64,000 nt of DNA. It comes from Malacoraja senta. Lineage: Eukaryota. Both the position numbers and the translations under genes were made by a program. Positions 49,210 to 63,402 of this stretch are shown in pieces (positions within the stretch are counted from its first letter, which is position 1; each line of letters begins with the position of its first letter). Location: NCBI GenBank assembly GCA_038087875.1, contig JAXLNO010000396.1, positions 1 through 64,000 of the forward strand, written 5' to 3'. The notes under the pieces are model-generated. The model saw only the letters and a list, made by a program, of their open reading frames with translations. It searched no databases and was not told the origin of the DNA.

Positions 49210-50012
49210 TGTAGATGAGATATGCATGTGCCTTTAATATAGTTACCTCATCACTACTAACCACTTCCCATATCACAAGTATAATTACAACCTCCCCACC
49301 CACATATCGCTCTCTAGTTTCTATGACAGACCACGTACAGCTAGTGCTCTCTGTAATGCTGCAGTATGAATAAAAAAAGTAAGGTTATAATCGCTACACT
49401 TTGCATGCGTACGGGGGAGGGGTGCTTGGCCCCTCACTTTTTATCCCCTCTGTCCTCAAGCCCGCTGCTGTTCAGGAACGAATTGCCTTTAAGCACGATG
49501 TTCAGAAGCGTTCCGATGACAGGTCCTGCCGCCCACTGCCGCGCCTTTTCCCCGGTCAGGTCGTCCGCATGCAGACCCCCTCCGGTCACTCCCGGCTCGC
49601 TACCGTCGTCGGCTCTGCTGGGTCGCCAAGGTCCTATCTCGTCGACCATGCAGGAACCGTCTACCGCCGGTCCCGCCAAAACATGCGGCTCGTCAATGAG
49701 CCACGACCGCCGCCCGCGGATCCTTTTGCTCCCCCGCTGCAATTTCGGCACGCGGGCGATGCTCTGCACGCCACTCCTCGTATGCCACGGTCTCTACCCT
49801 CTCAGCTCTATCAGTCCAATCCTCCTCCGGCTAGTCCTCCCTCGCCTGCCGGCCCGCTGCTGAAACCCGACCCGCAGAAAACGGCTGCCATCTCCGGGAT
49901 GTCTTCACCTACTGATGTGCCCAGACTGCAACGTTTCCTAGGCATGGTAAACTACCTGGGGAAGTTCATCCCCGATCTCAGCAAGCTGCCGTGTCGATAA
50001 CACTTCTTTACA
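49210..50012 (+). mobile_element. Split Gypsy LTR containing scrambled pol fragments, copy 1
   Basis: Begins TGTAGATGAGATATGCATGTGCC, identical to the start of the LTR at 19-22 kb. Ends CTTTACA. Contains integrase-tail and RT-thumb coding pieces. Confidence 0.92.
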
Positions 50013-53000
50013 AAAAACCAAACAAACATTTGCATTTTCAAACCAAACCACCTTTTGCATTTTCAAAGCAAACCTCTTTTTGCATTTTCAAAGCAAACCT
50101 TTTGCATTTTCAAAGCAAACCTTTTTGCATTTACAAACCAAACATCCTTTTCCATTTTCAAACCAAACCACCATTTACATTTTCAAACCAAACCACCATT
50201 TGCATTTTCAAACCAAACCGCCATTTGCATTTTCAAACCAAACCATCTTCTGCATTTTCAAAGCAAACCTTTTGCATTTTCAAAGCAAACCATTTGCTTT
50301 TACAAACCAAACAACCATTTGCATTTTCAAACCAAACCACCATTTTCATATTCAAACCAAACCACCATTAGCATTTTCAATCCAATCCTTTTGCATTTTC
50401 TAATCGAACCAACATTTGCATTTTCAAACCAAACCAATTGCATTTTCAAACCAAATCTTCTGCATTTTCAAAGCAAACCTTTTGCATTATCAAAAACAAT
50501 CTTTTGCATTTTCAAAGCAAACCAACATTTGCATTTTCAAAGCAAACCACCATTTGCATTTCCAAAACAAACAACCTTTTTCATTTTCAAAGCAAACCAC
50601 CTTTTACATTTTCAAAGCAAGCCACCTTTTTCATTTTCAAAGTAAACCAAATTCTGCAATTTCAAAGCAAACCACCTTTTGCATTTTCAAAGCAAACCAC
50701 CTTTTATATTTTCAAAACAAACCACCTTTTGCATTTTCAAAGCAAATGCTTTTGCATTTTCAAAGCAAACCAACTTTTACATTTTCAAACCAAACCTCGT
50801 TTTGCATTTCCATACCAAACAATCTTTTGTATTTTCAAAGCAAACCACCTTTTGAGTTTTCAAAGCAAACATTTTGCATTTTCAAAGCAAACCAAACTTT
50901 GCATTTTCTAAGCAAACATTTTGCATTTTCAAACCAAACCTTTCCATTTTCAAACCAAACCGCCATTTGCATTTTCATACCAAACCACCTTCTGCATTTT
51001 CAAAGCAAACCTTTTGCAATTTTAAAGCAAACCTTTTGCATTTTGAAAGCAAACCTTTTGCATTTTCAAAGCAAACCACCGTTTGCATTTTCAAAGCAAA
51101 CCATCATTTGTATTTTCAAAGCAATCCATTTGCATTTTCAAACAAAACCTTTTGCATTTTCAAAGAAAATCGTTTCCATTTTCAAAGCAAACCTTTTGCA
51201 TTTTCAAAGTAAACCATTTGCATTTTAAAAGCAAACCACCTTTTGCATTTTCAAACCAAACCACCATTTGCATTTTCAAACCAAACCATTTGCATTTTCA
51301 CACGAAACCTTTTGCATTTCAAAGCCAACCTTTTGCATTTTGAAAGAAAATATTTTGATTTTATAAAGCAAACCACCATTTGCATTTTCGAAGCAAACCA
51401 CCCTTTGCCCTTTCAAAGCAAACCACCTTTTGCATTTTCAAAGCAAACAGTCTTTTGTATTTTCAAAGCAAACCGACTTTTGCATTTTCAAAGCAAACCA
51501 CCTTTTACATTTTCAAAGCAAATCACCTTTTGAATTTTCAAAGCAAACAGCCTTTTTTATTTTCAAAGCAAACTGACTTTTGCATTTTCAAAGCAAATCA
51601 CATTTTGCATTTTCAAAGCAAACCATTTTGCATTTTCAAAGCAAACCACCTTTTGCATTTTCTAAGCAAACCACCTTTTGCATTTTCAAAGCAAACCACC
51701 TTTTGCATTTACAAAACAATCCGCCTTTTGCATTTTCAAAGCAATCCACCTTTTGCCATTTCAAAGCAAACCATCTTTTTTATTTTCAAACCAAACCTCC
51801 TTTTGCATTTTCAAACCAAACCTCCTTTTGCATTTTCAAAGCAAAACCTCCTTTTGCATTTTCAAAGCAAACCTTTGCATGTTCAAAGCAAACCTTTAGC
51901 ATTTCCAAAGCAAATATTTTGCATTTTCATTACAAACATCCTTTTGCATTTTCATAGCAAACCACCTTTTGCCTATTCAAAGCAAACCACATTTTGCATT
52001 TTCAAAGCATAGCACCTTTTGCATTTTCAAAGCAAACATTTGCATTTTGAAATCGATCCACCATTTGCATTTACAAACGAAACCACCATTTGCATTATCA
52101 CACCAAACAACATTTTGCATTTTCAAAGGAAACCACTTTTTACATTTTCAAAGCAAACCGTTTGCATTTTCAAAACATAACTTTTGCATTTTCAAACAAA
52201 ACCTCCTTTTCCATTTTTAAACCAAACCACCATTTGCGTTTTCAAACCAAACCACCATTTGTATTTTCAAACCGAACCACCATATGCATTTTGAAACCAA
52301 ACAACCATTTGCATTTCCAATCCAATCCTTTTACATTTTCAAACCAAACCACCATTTGCATTTTCAAACCAAACCACCATTTGCATTTTCAAACCAAACC
52401 ACCATTTGCAATTTCAAACCAAACCACCATTTGCATTTTCAAACCAAACCACCATTTGCATTTTCAAACCAAACCACCATTTGCATTTTCAAAGCAAACC
52501 ACCTTCTGCATTTTTAAAGCAAACCTTTTGCATTTCCAAACCAAACATCCATTTGCATTTGCAAACGAAACCACCTTTTTCATTTTCATAGCAAACCACT
52601 TTTTGCATTTTCAAATACACCTTTTGCATTTTCAAAGCAAACCTATTGCATTTTCAAACCAAACCTCCTCTTGCATTTTCAAACCAAACCACCATTTGCT
52701 TTTTCAAACCTAACCACCATTTGCATTTTCAAACCAATCCACCGTGAGCATTTTCAATTCAATCATTTTGCATTTTCAAACCAAACCACCATTTGCTTTT
52801 TCAAACCAAACCATCTTTAGCATTTACAACGCAAACCTTTTGCATTTACAAATCAAACCTTTTGCATTTTCAAAGAAAATGTTTGCATTTTCAAAGCAAA
52901 GCAACATTTGCATTTTCTAAGCAACCCACCATTTGCATTTTCAAAGCAAATAACTTTTTGCTTTTTCAAAGCAAATCACTTTTTGCATTTTCAAAGCAAA

Positions 53001-56000
53001 CCACCTTCTGCTATTTCAAAGCAAACCAGCCTTTGCATTTTCAAAACAAACCACGTTTTGCATTTTCAAAGGAAACCACCTTTTGCATTTTCAAAGCAAT
53101 CCAACTTTTGCATTTTCAAAGCAAACCACCTTTTGCATTTTCAAATCAAACCAAACTACCATTTGCATTTTCAAACCAAACCACCATTAGCATTTTCAAT
53201 CCAATCCTTTTGCATTTTCAAACCAAACCACCATTTGCATTTTCAAACCAAACCACCTTAAGCATTTACAAAGCAAACCTTTTGCATTTTCAAAGAAAAT
53301 GTTTGCATTTTCAAAGCAATCCAACTTTTGCATTTTCAAAGCAAACCACCTTTTGCATTTTCAAGGCAAACCACCTTTTGCATTTTCAAAGCAAACCACA
53401 TTTTTGCATTTTCAAAGCTAACCACCTTTTTGCATTTTCAAAGCAAACCACTTTTGCATGTTCAAAAGCACACCTTTTGCATTTTCAGAGCAAACCTTTT
53501 GCAATTTCAAACCAAACCACGTTTTTGCATTTGCAAACCGAACCACGTTTTGCATATCCAAACCAAACAACCATTTGCATTTTCAAACCAAACCACCTAT
53601 AGCATTTACAAAGCAAACCACTTTTTGCATTTTCAAAGCAAACCTTTTGCATTTTCAAAGAAAATGTTTACATTTTCAAAGCAAACAAACATTTGAATTT
53701 TCAAAGCAAACCACTTTTTGCATTTTCAAAAGCAAACCTTTTGCATTTTCAAAGAAAATGTTTGCATTTTCAAAGCAATCCAACTTTTGCCCTTTCAAAG
53801 CAAACCACCTTTTGCATTTTCAAAGCAAACAGTCTTTTGTATTTTCAAAGCAAACCGACTTTTGCATTTTCAAAGCAAACCACCTTTTACATTTTCAAAG
53901 CAAATCACCTTTTGAATTTTCAAAGCAAACAGCCTTTTTTATTTTCAAAGCAAACTGACTTTTGCATTTTCAAAGCAAATCACATTTTGCATTTTCAAAG
54001 CAAACCATTTTGCATTTTCAAAGCAAACCATTTTGCATTTTCAAAGCAAACCACCTTTTGCATTTTCTAAGCAAACCACCTTTTGCATTTTCAAAGCAAA
54101 CCACCTTTTGCATTTACAAAACAATCCGCCTTTTGCATTTTCAAAGCAATCCACCTTTTGCAATTTCAAAGCAAACCACCTTTTTTCATTTTCAAACCAA
54201 ACCTCCTTTTGCATTTTCAAACCAAACCTCCTTTTGCATTTTCAAAGCAAAACCTCCTTTTGCATTTTCAAAGCAAACCTTTGCATGTTCAAAGCAAACC
54301 TTTAGCATTTCCAAAGCAAATATTTTGCATTTTCATTACAAACATCCTTTTGCATTTTCATAGCAAACCACCTTTTGCCTATTCAAAGCAAACCACATTT
54401 TGCATTTTCAAAGCATAGCACCTTTTGCATTTTCAAAGCAAACATTTGCATTTTGAAATCGATCCACCATTTGCATTTCCAAACGAAACCACCATTTGCA
54501 TTATCACACCAAACAACATTTTGCATTTTCAAAGGAAACCACTTTTCACATTTTCAAAGCAAACCGTTTGCATTTTCAAAACATAACTTTTGCATTTTCA
54601 AACAAAACCTCCTTTTCCATTTTCAAACCAAACCACCATTTGCGTTTTCAAACCAAACCACCATTTGTATTTTCAAACCGAACCACCATATGCATTATGA
54701 AACCAAACAACCATTTGCATTTCCAATCCAATCCTTTTACATTTTCAAACCAAACCACCATTTGCATTTTCAAACCAAACCACCATTTGCATTTTCAAAC
54801 CAAACCACCATTTGCAATTTCAAACCAAACCACCATTTGCATTTTCAAACCAAACCACCATTTGCATTTTCAAACCAAACCACCATTTGCATTTTCAAAG
54901 CAAACCACCTTCTGCATTTTTTAAGCAAACCTTTTGCATTTACAAACCAAACCACGTTTTGCATTTCCAAACCAAACATCCATTTGCATTTGCAAACGAA
55001 ACCACCTTTTTCATTTTCATAGCAAACCACTTTTTGTATTTTCAAATACACCTTTTGCATTTTCAAAGCAAACCTATTGCATTTTCAAACCAAACCTCCT
55101 CTTGCATTTTCAAACCAAACCACCATTTGCTTTTTCAAACCTAACCACCATTGCATTTTCAAACCAAACCACCATTTGCATTTTCAAACCAGTCCACCGC
55201 GAGCATTTTCAATTCAATCATTTTGCATTTTCAAACCAAACCACCATTTGCTTTTTCAAACCAAACCATCTTTAGCATTTAGAACGCAAACCTTTTGCAT
55301 TTACAAATCAAACCTTTTGCATTTTCAAAGAAAATGTTTGCATTTTCAAAGCAAACCAACATTTGCATTTTCTAAGCAACCCACCATTTGCATTTTCAAA
55401 GCAAATCATTTTTTGCTTTTTCAAAGCAAATCACTTTTTGCATTTTCAAAGCAAACCACCTTCTGCTATTTCAAAGCAAACCAGCTTTTGCATTTTCAAA
55501 ACAAACCACGTTTTGCATTTTCAAAGGAAACCACCTTTTGCATTTTCAAAGCAATCCAACTTTTGCATTTTCAAAGCAAACCACCTTTTGCATTTTCAAA
55601 TCAAACCAAACTACCATTTGCATTTTCAAACCAAACCACCATTAGCATTTTCAATCCAATCCTTTTGCATTTTCAAACCAAACCACCATTTGCATTTTCA
55701 AACCAAACCACCTTAAGCATTTACAAAGCAAACTTTTGCATTTTCAAAGAAAATGTTTGCATTTTCAAAGCAATCCAACTTTTGCATTTTCAAAGCAGAC
55801 CACCTTTTGCATTTTCAAGCAAACCACCTTTTGCATTTTCAAGGCAAACCACCTTTTGCATTTTCAAAGCAAACCACATTTTTGCATTTTCAAAGCTAAC
55901 CACCTTTTTGCATTTTCAAATCAAACCACTTTTGCATGTTCAAAAGCACACCTTTTGCATTTTCAGAGCAAACCTTTTGCAATTTCAAACCAAACCACGT

Positions 56001-59000
56001 TTTTGCATTTGCAAACCGAACCACGTTTTGCATATCGAAACCAAACAACCATTTGCATTTTCAAACCAAACCACCTATAGCATTTACAAAGCAAACCACT
56101 TTTTGCATTTTCAAAGCAAACCTTTTGCATTTTCAAAGAAAATGTTTACATTTTCAAAGCAAACAAACATTTGAATTTTCAAAGCAACCCACCTTTTGCA
56201 TTTTCAAACCAATCGTCCTTTTCCATTTTCAAACCAAACCACCATTTGCATTTCAAACCAAACCACCATTTTCATTTTCAAACCAAACCGCCATTTGCAT
56301 TTTCAAACCAAACCATCTTCTGCATTTTCAAAGCAAACCTTTTGCAATTTCAAAGCAAACCTTTTGCATTTTCAAACCAAACCTCCATTTGCATTTTCAA
56401 ACCAATCCACCATTTGCTTTTTCAAAACAAACCACCATTTGCATTTTCAAAAGGAAACTACCTTTTGCATTTTCAAAGCAAACAACCATTTGCATTTTCA
56501 AAGGAAACCACCTTTTGCATTTTCAAAGCAAACGACCTTTTGAATTTTCAAAGCAAACCACCTTTATGCGTTTTCAAAGCTAACCACCTTTTTGCATTTC
56601 CAAAGCAAACCACTTTTGCAAGTACAAAGCAAACCTTTTGCATTTTCAGAGCAAACCTTTTCCATTTTCAAATCAATCCACGGGTTTGCATTTCCAAACC
56701 AAACCACGTTTTGCGTATCCAAACCAAACAACCATTTGCATTTTGAAACCAAACCACCTTTTGCATTTTCAAAGCAAACCACTTTTTGCATTTTCAAAGC
56801 AATCCTTTTGCATTTTCAAAGCAAACCTTTTGCATTTTCAAACCAAACCTCCTTTTACATTTTCAAACCAAACCACCATTTGCATTTTCAAACCAAACCA
56901 CCATTTGTATTTTCAAACCAAACCGAGATTTGCATTTTCAAACCAAACCATCTTCTGCATTTTCAAAGCAAACCTTTTGCATTTTCAAAGCAAACCTTTT
57001 GCGTTTACAAACCAAACCTCCATTTGCATTTTCAAACCAATCCACCATTTGCTTTTTCAAACCAAACCACCATTTGCATTTTCAAAGGAAAACACCTTTT
57101 GCATTATCAAAGCAAACCACCTTTTGCATTTTCAAAGCAAACCATCATTTGTATTTCAAAGCAATCCATTTGCATTTTCAAAGCAACCAACATTTGCATT
57201 TTCAAAGCAAACCACCATTTGCATTTCCAAAACAAACCACGTTTTGCATTTTCAAAGGAAACCACCTTTTGCATTTTCAAAGCAATCCAACTTTTGCATT
57301 TTCAAAGCAAACCACCTTTTGCATTTTCAAATCAAACCAAACTACCGTTTGCATTTTCAAACCAAACCACCATTAGCATTTTCAATCCAATCCTTTTGCA
57401 TTTTCAAACCAAACCACCATTTGCATTTTCAAACCAAACCACCTTAAGCATTTACAAAGCAAACTTTTGCATTTTCAAAGAAAATGTTTGCATTTTCAAA
57501 GCAATCCAACTTTTGCATTTTCAAAGCAGACCACCTTTTGCATTTTCAAGCAAACCACCTTTTGCATTTTCAAGGCAAACCACCTTTTGCATTTTCAAAG
57601 CAAACCACATTTTTGCATTTTCAAAGCTAACCACCTTTTTGCATTTTCAAATCAAACCACTTTTGCATGTTCAAAAGCACACCTTTTGCATTTTCAGAGC
57701 AAACCTTTTGCAATTTCAAACCAAACCACGTTTTTGCATTTGCAAACCGAACCACGTTTTGCATATCGAAACCAAACAACCATTTGCATTTTCAAACCAA
57801 ACCACCTATAGCATTTACAAAGCAAACCACTTTTTGCATTTTCAAAGCAAACCTTTTGCATTTTCAAAGAAAATGTTTACATTTTCAAAGCAAACAAACA
57901 TTTGAATTTTCAAAGCAACCCACCTTTTGCATTTTCAAACCAATCGTCCTTTTCCATTTTCAAACCAAACCACCATTTGCATTTCAAACCAAACCACCAT
58001 TTTCATTTTCAAACCAAACCGCCATTTGCATTTTCAAACCAAACCATCTTCTGCATTTTCAAAGCAAACCTTTTGCAATTTCAAAGCAAACCTTTTGCAT
58101 TTTCAAACCAAACCTCCATTTGCATTTTCAAACCAATCCACCATTTGCTTTTTCAAAACAAACCACCATTTGCATTTTCAAAAGGAAACTACCTTTTGCA
58201 TTTTCAAAGCAAACAACCATTTGCATTTTCAAAGGAAACCACCTTTTGCATTTTCAAAGCAAACGACCTTTTGAATTTTCAAAGCAAACCACCTTTATGC
58301 GTTTTCAAAGCTAACCACCTTTTTGCATTTCCAAAGCAAACCACTTTTGCAAGTACAAAGCAAACCTTTTGCATTTTCAGAGCAAACCTTTTCCATTTTC
58401 AAATCAATCCACGGGTTTGCATTTCCAAACCAAACCACGTTTTGCGTATCCAAACCAAACAACCATTTGCATTTTGAAACCAAACCACCTTTTGCATTTT
58501 CAAAGCAAACCACTTTTTGCATTTTCAAAGCAATCCTTTTGCATTTTCAAAGCAAACCTTTTGCATTTTCAAACCAAACCTCCTTTTACATTTTCAAACC
58601 AAACCACCATTTGCATTTTCAAACCAAACCACCATTTGTATTTTCAAACCAAACCGAGATTTGCATTTTCAAACCAAACCATCTTCTGCATTTTCAAAGC
58701 AAACCTTTTGCATTTTCAAAGCAAACCTTTTGCGTTTACAAACCAAACCTCCATTTGCATTTTCAAACCAATCCACCATTTGCTTTTTCAAACCAAACCA
58801 CCATTTGCATTTTCAAAGGAAAACACCTTTTGCATTATCAAAGCAAACCACCTTTTGCATTTTCAAAGCAAACCATCATTTGTATTTCAAAGCAATCCAT
58901 TTGCATTTTCAAAGCAACCAACATTTGCATTTTCAAAGCAAACCACCATTTGCATTTCCAAAACAAACCACCTTTTGCATTTTCAAAGCAAACCACCTTT

Positions 59001-59866
59001 TGCATTTTCAAACTAAACAACCATTTGCTTTTTCAAACCAAACCGCCATTTGCATTTTCAAACCACACCATCTTTTGCATTTTCAAAGCAAACCTTTTGC
59101 ATTTTCAAAGCAAACCTTTTGCATTTTCAACGCAAACCTTTTCCATTTTCAAAGCAAACCTTTTTGCATTTACAAACCAAACCTCCTTTTCCATTTTCAA
59201 AGCAAACCACGATTTGCATTTTCAAACTAAACCACCATTTCCTTTTTCAAACCAAACCGCCATTTGCATTTTCAAACCGCACCATCTTCTGCATTTTTAA
59301 AGCAAACCTTTTGCATTTTCAAAGCAAACCTTTTGCATTTTCAAACCAAACCAACTTTTGCATTTTCAAAACAAACCATCTTTTGCATTTTCAATGCAAA
59401 CCACCTGTTGCATTTTCAAAGCAAACCACCTTTTGCATTTTCAAAGCAACTCACCTTTTGTATTGTCAAAACAATGCACCTTTTGCATTTTCAAAGCAAA
59501 CAACCTTTTGCAAATTCAAAGCAAACCACCTTTTGCATTTTCAAACCAAACCTCCATTTGCATTTTCAAAACAATCCACCATTTTCTTTTTCACACCAAA
59601 CCACCATTTGCATTTTCAAAGGAAACCACCTTTTGCATTTTCAAAGCAAACCACCTTTTGCATTTTCAAAGCAAACCACCTTTTGCATTTTCCAAGCAAA
59701 CCAACTTTTTGCATTTTCAAAGCTATCACCTTTTTGCATTTTCGAAGCAAACCACATTTGCATGTTCAAAGCAAACCGTTTGCATTTTCAGAGCAAACCT
59801 TTTTCATTTTCAAACTAAACCAGGTGTTTGCATTTCCAAACCAAACCACGTTTTGCATATCCAAAC

Positions 59867-60718
59867 TGTAGATGAGATATGCATGTGCCTTTAATATAGT
59901 TACCTCATCACTACTAACCACTTCCCATATCACAAGTATAATTACAACCTCCCCACCCACATATCGCTCTCTAGTTTCTATGACAGACCACGTACAGCTA
60001 GTGCTCTCTGTAATGCTGCAGTATGAATACAAAAAGTAAGGTTATAATCGCTCCACTTTGCATGCGTACGGGGGAGGGGTGCTTGTTCCTGTGGGAAAGG
60101 CAAATCTGCGCTGCAAGATACTGGAAACCTCTCGGCCCCTCACTTTGTATCCCCTCTGTCTTCAAGCCCGCTGCTGTTCAGGAACGAATTGCCTTTTAGC
60201 ACGATGTTCAGAAGCGTTCCGATGACAGGTCCTGCCGCCCACTGCCGCGCCTTTTCCCCGGTCAGGTCGTCCGCATGCAGACCCCCTCCGGTCACTCCAG
60301 GCTCGCTACCGTCGTCGGCTCTGCTGGGTCGCCAAGGTCCTATCTCGTCGACCGTGCAGGAACCGTCTACCGCCGGTCCCGCCAAAACCTGCGGCTCGTC
60401 AATGAGCCACGACCGCCGCCCGCGGATCCTTTTGCTCCCCCGCTGCAATTTCGGCACCCGGGCGATGCTCTGCACGTCACTCCTCGTATGCCACGGTCTC
60501 TACCCTCTCAGCTCTATCAGTCCAATCCTCCTCCGGCTAGTCCTCCCTCGCCTGCCGGCCCGCTGCTGAAACCCGACCCGCAGAAAACGGCTGCCATCTC
60601 CTGGATGTCTTCACCTACTGATGTGCCCAGACTGCAACGTTTCCTAGGCATGGTAAACTACCTGGGGAAGTTCATCCCCGATTTCAGCAAGCTGCCGTGT
60701 CGATAACACTTCTTTACA
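59867..60718 (+). mobile_element. Split Gypsy LTR containing scrambled pol fragments, copy 2 (49 bp longer)
   Basis: Same junctions and same satellite flanks as copy 1. Confidence 0.92.
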
Positions 60719-63402
60719 AAAACCAAACAAACATTTGCATTTTCAAACCAAACCACCTTTTGCATTTTCAAAGCAAACCTCTTTTTGCATTTTCAAAGCA
60801 AACCTTTTGCATTTTCAAAGCAAACCTTTTTGCATTTACAAACCAAACATCCTTTTCCATTTTCAAACCAAACCACCATTTACATTTTCAAACCAAACCA
60901 CCATTTGCATTTTCAAACCAAACCGCCATTTGCATTTTCAAACCAAACCATCTTCTGCATTTTCAAAGCAAACCTTTTGCATTTTCAAAGCAAACCATTT
61001 GCTTTTACAAACCAAACAACCATTTGCATTTTAAAATCAAACCACCATTTTCATTTTCAAACCAAACCACCATTAGCATTTTCAATCCAATCCTTTTGCA
61101 TTTTCTAATCGAACCAACATTTGCATTTTCAAACCAAACCAATTGCATTTTCAAACCAAATCTTCTGCATTTTCAAAGCAAACCTTTTGCATTATCAAAA
61201 ACAACCTTTTGCATTTTCAAAGCAAACCAACATTTGCATTTTCAAAGCAAACCACCATTTGCATTTCCAAAACAAACAACCTTTTTCGTTTTCAAAGCAA
61301 ACCACCTTTTACATTTTCAAAGCAAACCACCTTTTTCATTTTCAAAGTAAACCAAATTCTGCAATTTCAAAGCAAACAATCTTTTGCATTTTCAAAGCAA
61401 ACCACATTTTGCGTTTTCAAAGCAAACATTTTGCATTTTCAAAGCAAACCAAACTTTGCATTTTCTAAGCAAACATTTTGCATTTTCAAACCAAACCTTT
61501 CCATTTTCAAACCAAACCGCCATTTGCATTTTCATACCAAACCACCTTCTGCATTTTCAAAGCAAACCTTTTGCAATTTTAAAGCAAACCTTTTGCATTT
61601 TCAAAGCAAACCTTTTGCATTTTCAAAGCAAACCACCGTTTGCAATTTCAAAGCAAACCATCATTTGTATTTTCAAAGCAATCCATTTGCATTTTCAAAC
61701 AAAACCTTTTGCATTTTCAAAGAAAATCGTTTCCATTTTCAAAGCAAACCTTTTGCATTTTCAAAGTAAACCATTTGCATTTTAAAAGCAAACCACCTTT
61801 TGCATTTTCAAAGCAAACCACGTTTTGCATTTTCAAAGCAAACCACTTTTGCATTTTCAAAGCAAACCTTTTGCATATTCAGAGCAAACCTTTTGCATTT
61901 TCAAACCAAACCACGTGTTTGCCTTTCCAAACCAAACCACGTTTTGAATATCCAAACCAAACAAACATTTGCATTTTCAAATCAAACCACCTTTTGCATT
62001 TTCAAAGCAAACCACTTTCTGCATTTTCAAAGCAAACCTTTTGCATTTTCAAAGCAAACCTTTTGCATTTTCAAACCAAACCACCATTTGCTTTTTCAAA
62101 CCCAACAACCAATTGCATTTTCAAAACAAACCACCATTTGCATTTTCAAACCAATCCACCATTAGCATTTTCAATCCAATCCGTTTGCATTTTCAAAGCA
62201 AACAAACATTTGCATTTTCAAAACAAACCACCTTTTGCATTTTCAAAGCAAACCACCTTTTGCATTTTCAAATCCAACATGCTTTTGCATATTCAAAGCA
62301 AACCTTTTGCATATCCAAACCAAACCGACATTTGCATTTTCAAACCAATCCACCATTTGCATTTTCAAACCAAACCACCATTTGCATTTTCAAAGGAAAC
62401 CACCTTTTTCCATTTTCAAAGCTAACCACCTTTTTGCATTTTCAAAGCAAACCACTTTTGCATGTACAAAGCAAACCTTTTGCATTTTCAGAGCAAACCT
62501 TTTGCATTTTCAAACCAAACCACGTGTTTGTATTTCCAAACCAAACCACGTTTTGCGTATCCAAACCAAACAACCATTTGCATTTTCAAACAAAACCACC
62601 TTTTGCATTTTCAAAGCAAACCACTTTTTGCATTTTCAAAGCACACCTTTTGCATTTTCAAAGCATACCTTTTGCATTTTCAATCCAAACCTCCTTTTCC
62701 ATTTTCAAACCAAACCACCATTTGCATTTTCAAACCAAACCACCATTTGCATTTTCACACCAAACCATCTTCTGCATTTTCAAAGCAAACCTTTTGCATT
62801 TTCAAAGCCAACCTTTTGCATTTTCAAACCAAACCTCCTTTTCCATTTTCAAAGCAAACCACCATTTGCATTTTCAAAGGAAACCACCATTTGCATTTTC
62901 AAAGCAAACCACCTTTTGCATTTTCAAAGCAAACCACCTGTAGCATTTTCAAAGCAAACCACCTCTTGCATTTTCAAAGCAAACCACCTTTTGCATTTTG
63001 AAAGCAAACCCCACCTGTTGCATTTTCAAAGCAAACCACCTTTTGCATTTTCAAAGCAAACCCCACCTGTTGCATTTTCAAAGCAAACCACCTTTTGCAT
63101 TTTCAAACCAAACCGCCATTTGCATTTTCAAACCAATCTACCATTAGCATTTCAATCCAATCCGTTTGCATTTCCAAACCAAACAAATATTTGCATTTTC
63201 AAACCAAACCACCTTTTGCATTTTCAAAGCAAACAACTTTTTGCATTTTCAAAGCAAACCTTTTAAATTTTCGAACTAAATCTCCTTTTGCATTTTCAAA
63301 CCAAACCACCATTTTCATTTTCAAACCAGACAATCATCAGCATTTTCAATCCAATCCTTTTGCATTTTGAAATCAAACCACCATTTGCATTTTCAAACAA
63401 AA

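Noticed and set aside
49401..50000. 199-aa ORF as a novel fusion protein
   Set aside because: It is a patchwork of pol fragments with no catalytic core, and copy 2 does not keep the same full-length ORF (it yields only 143 aa).
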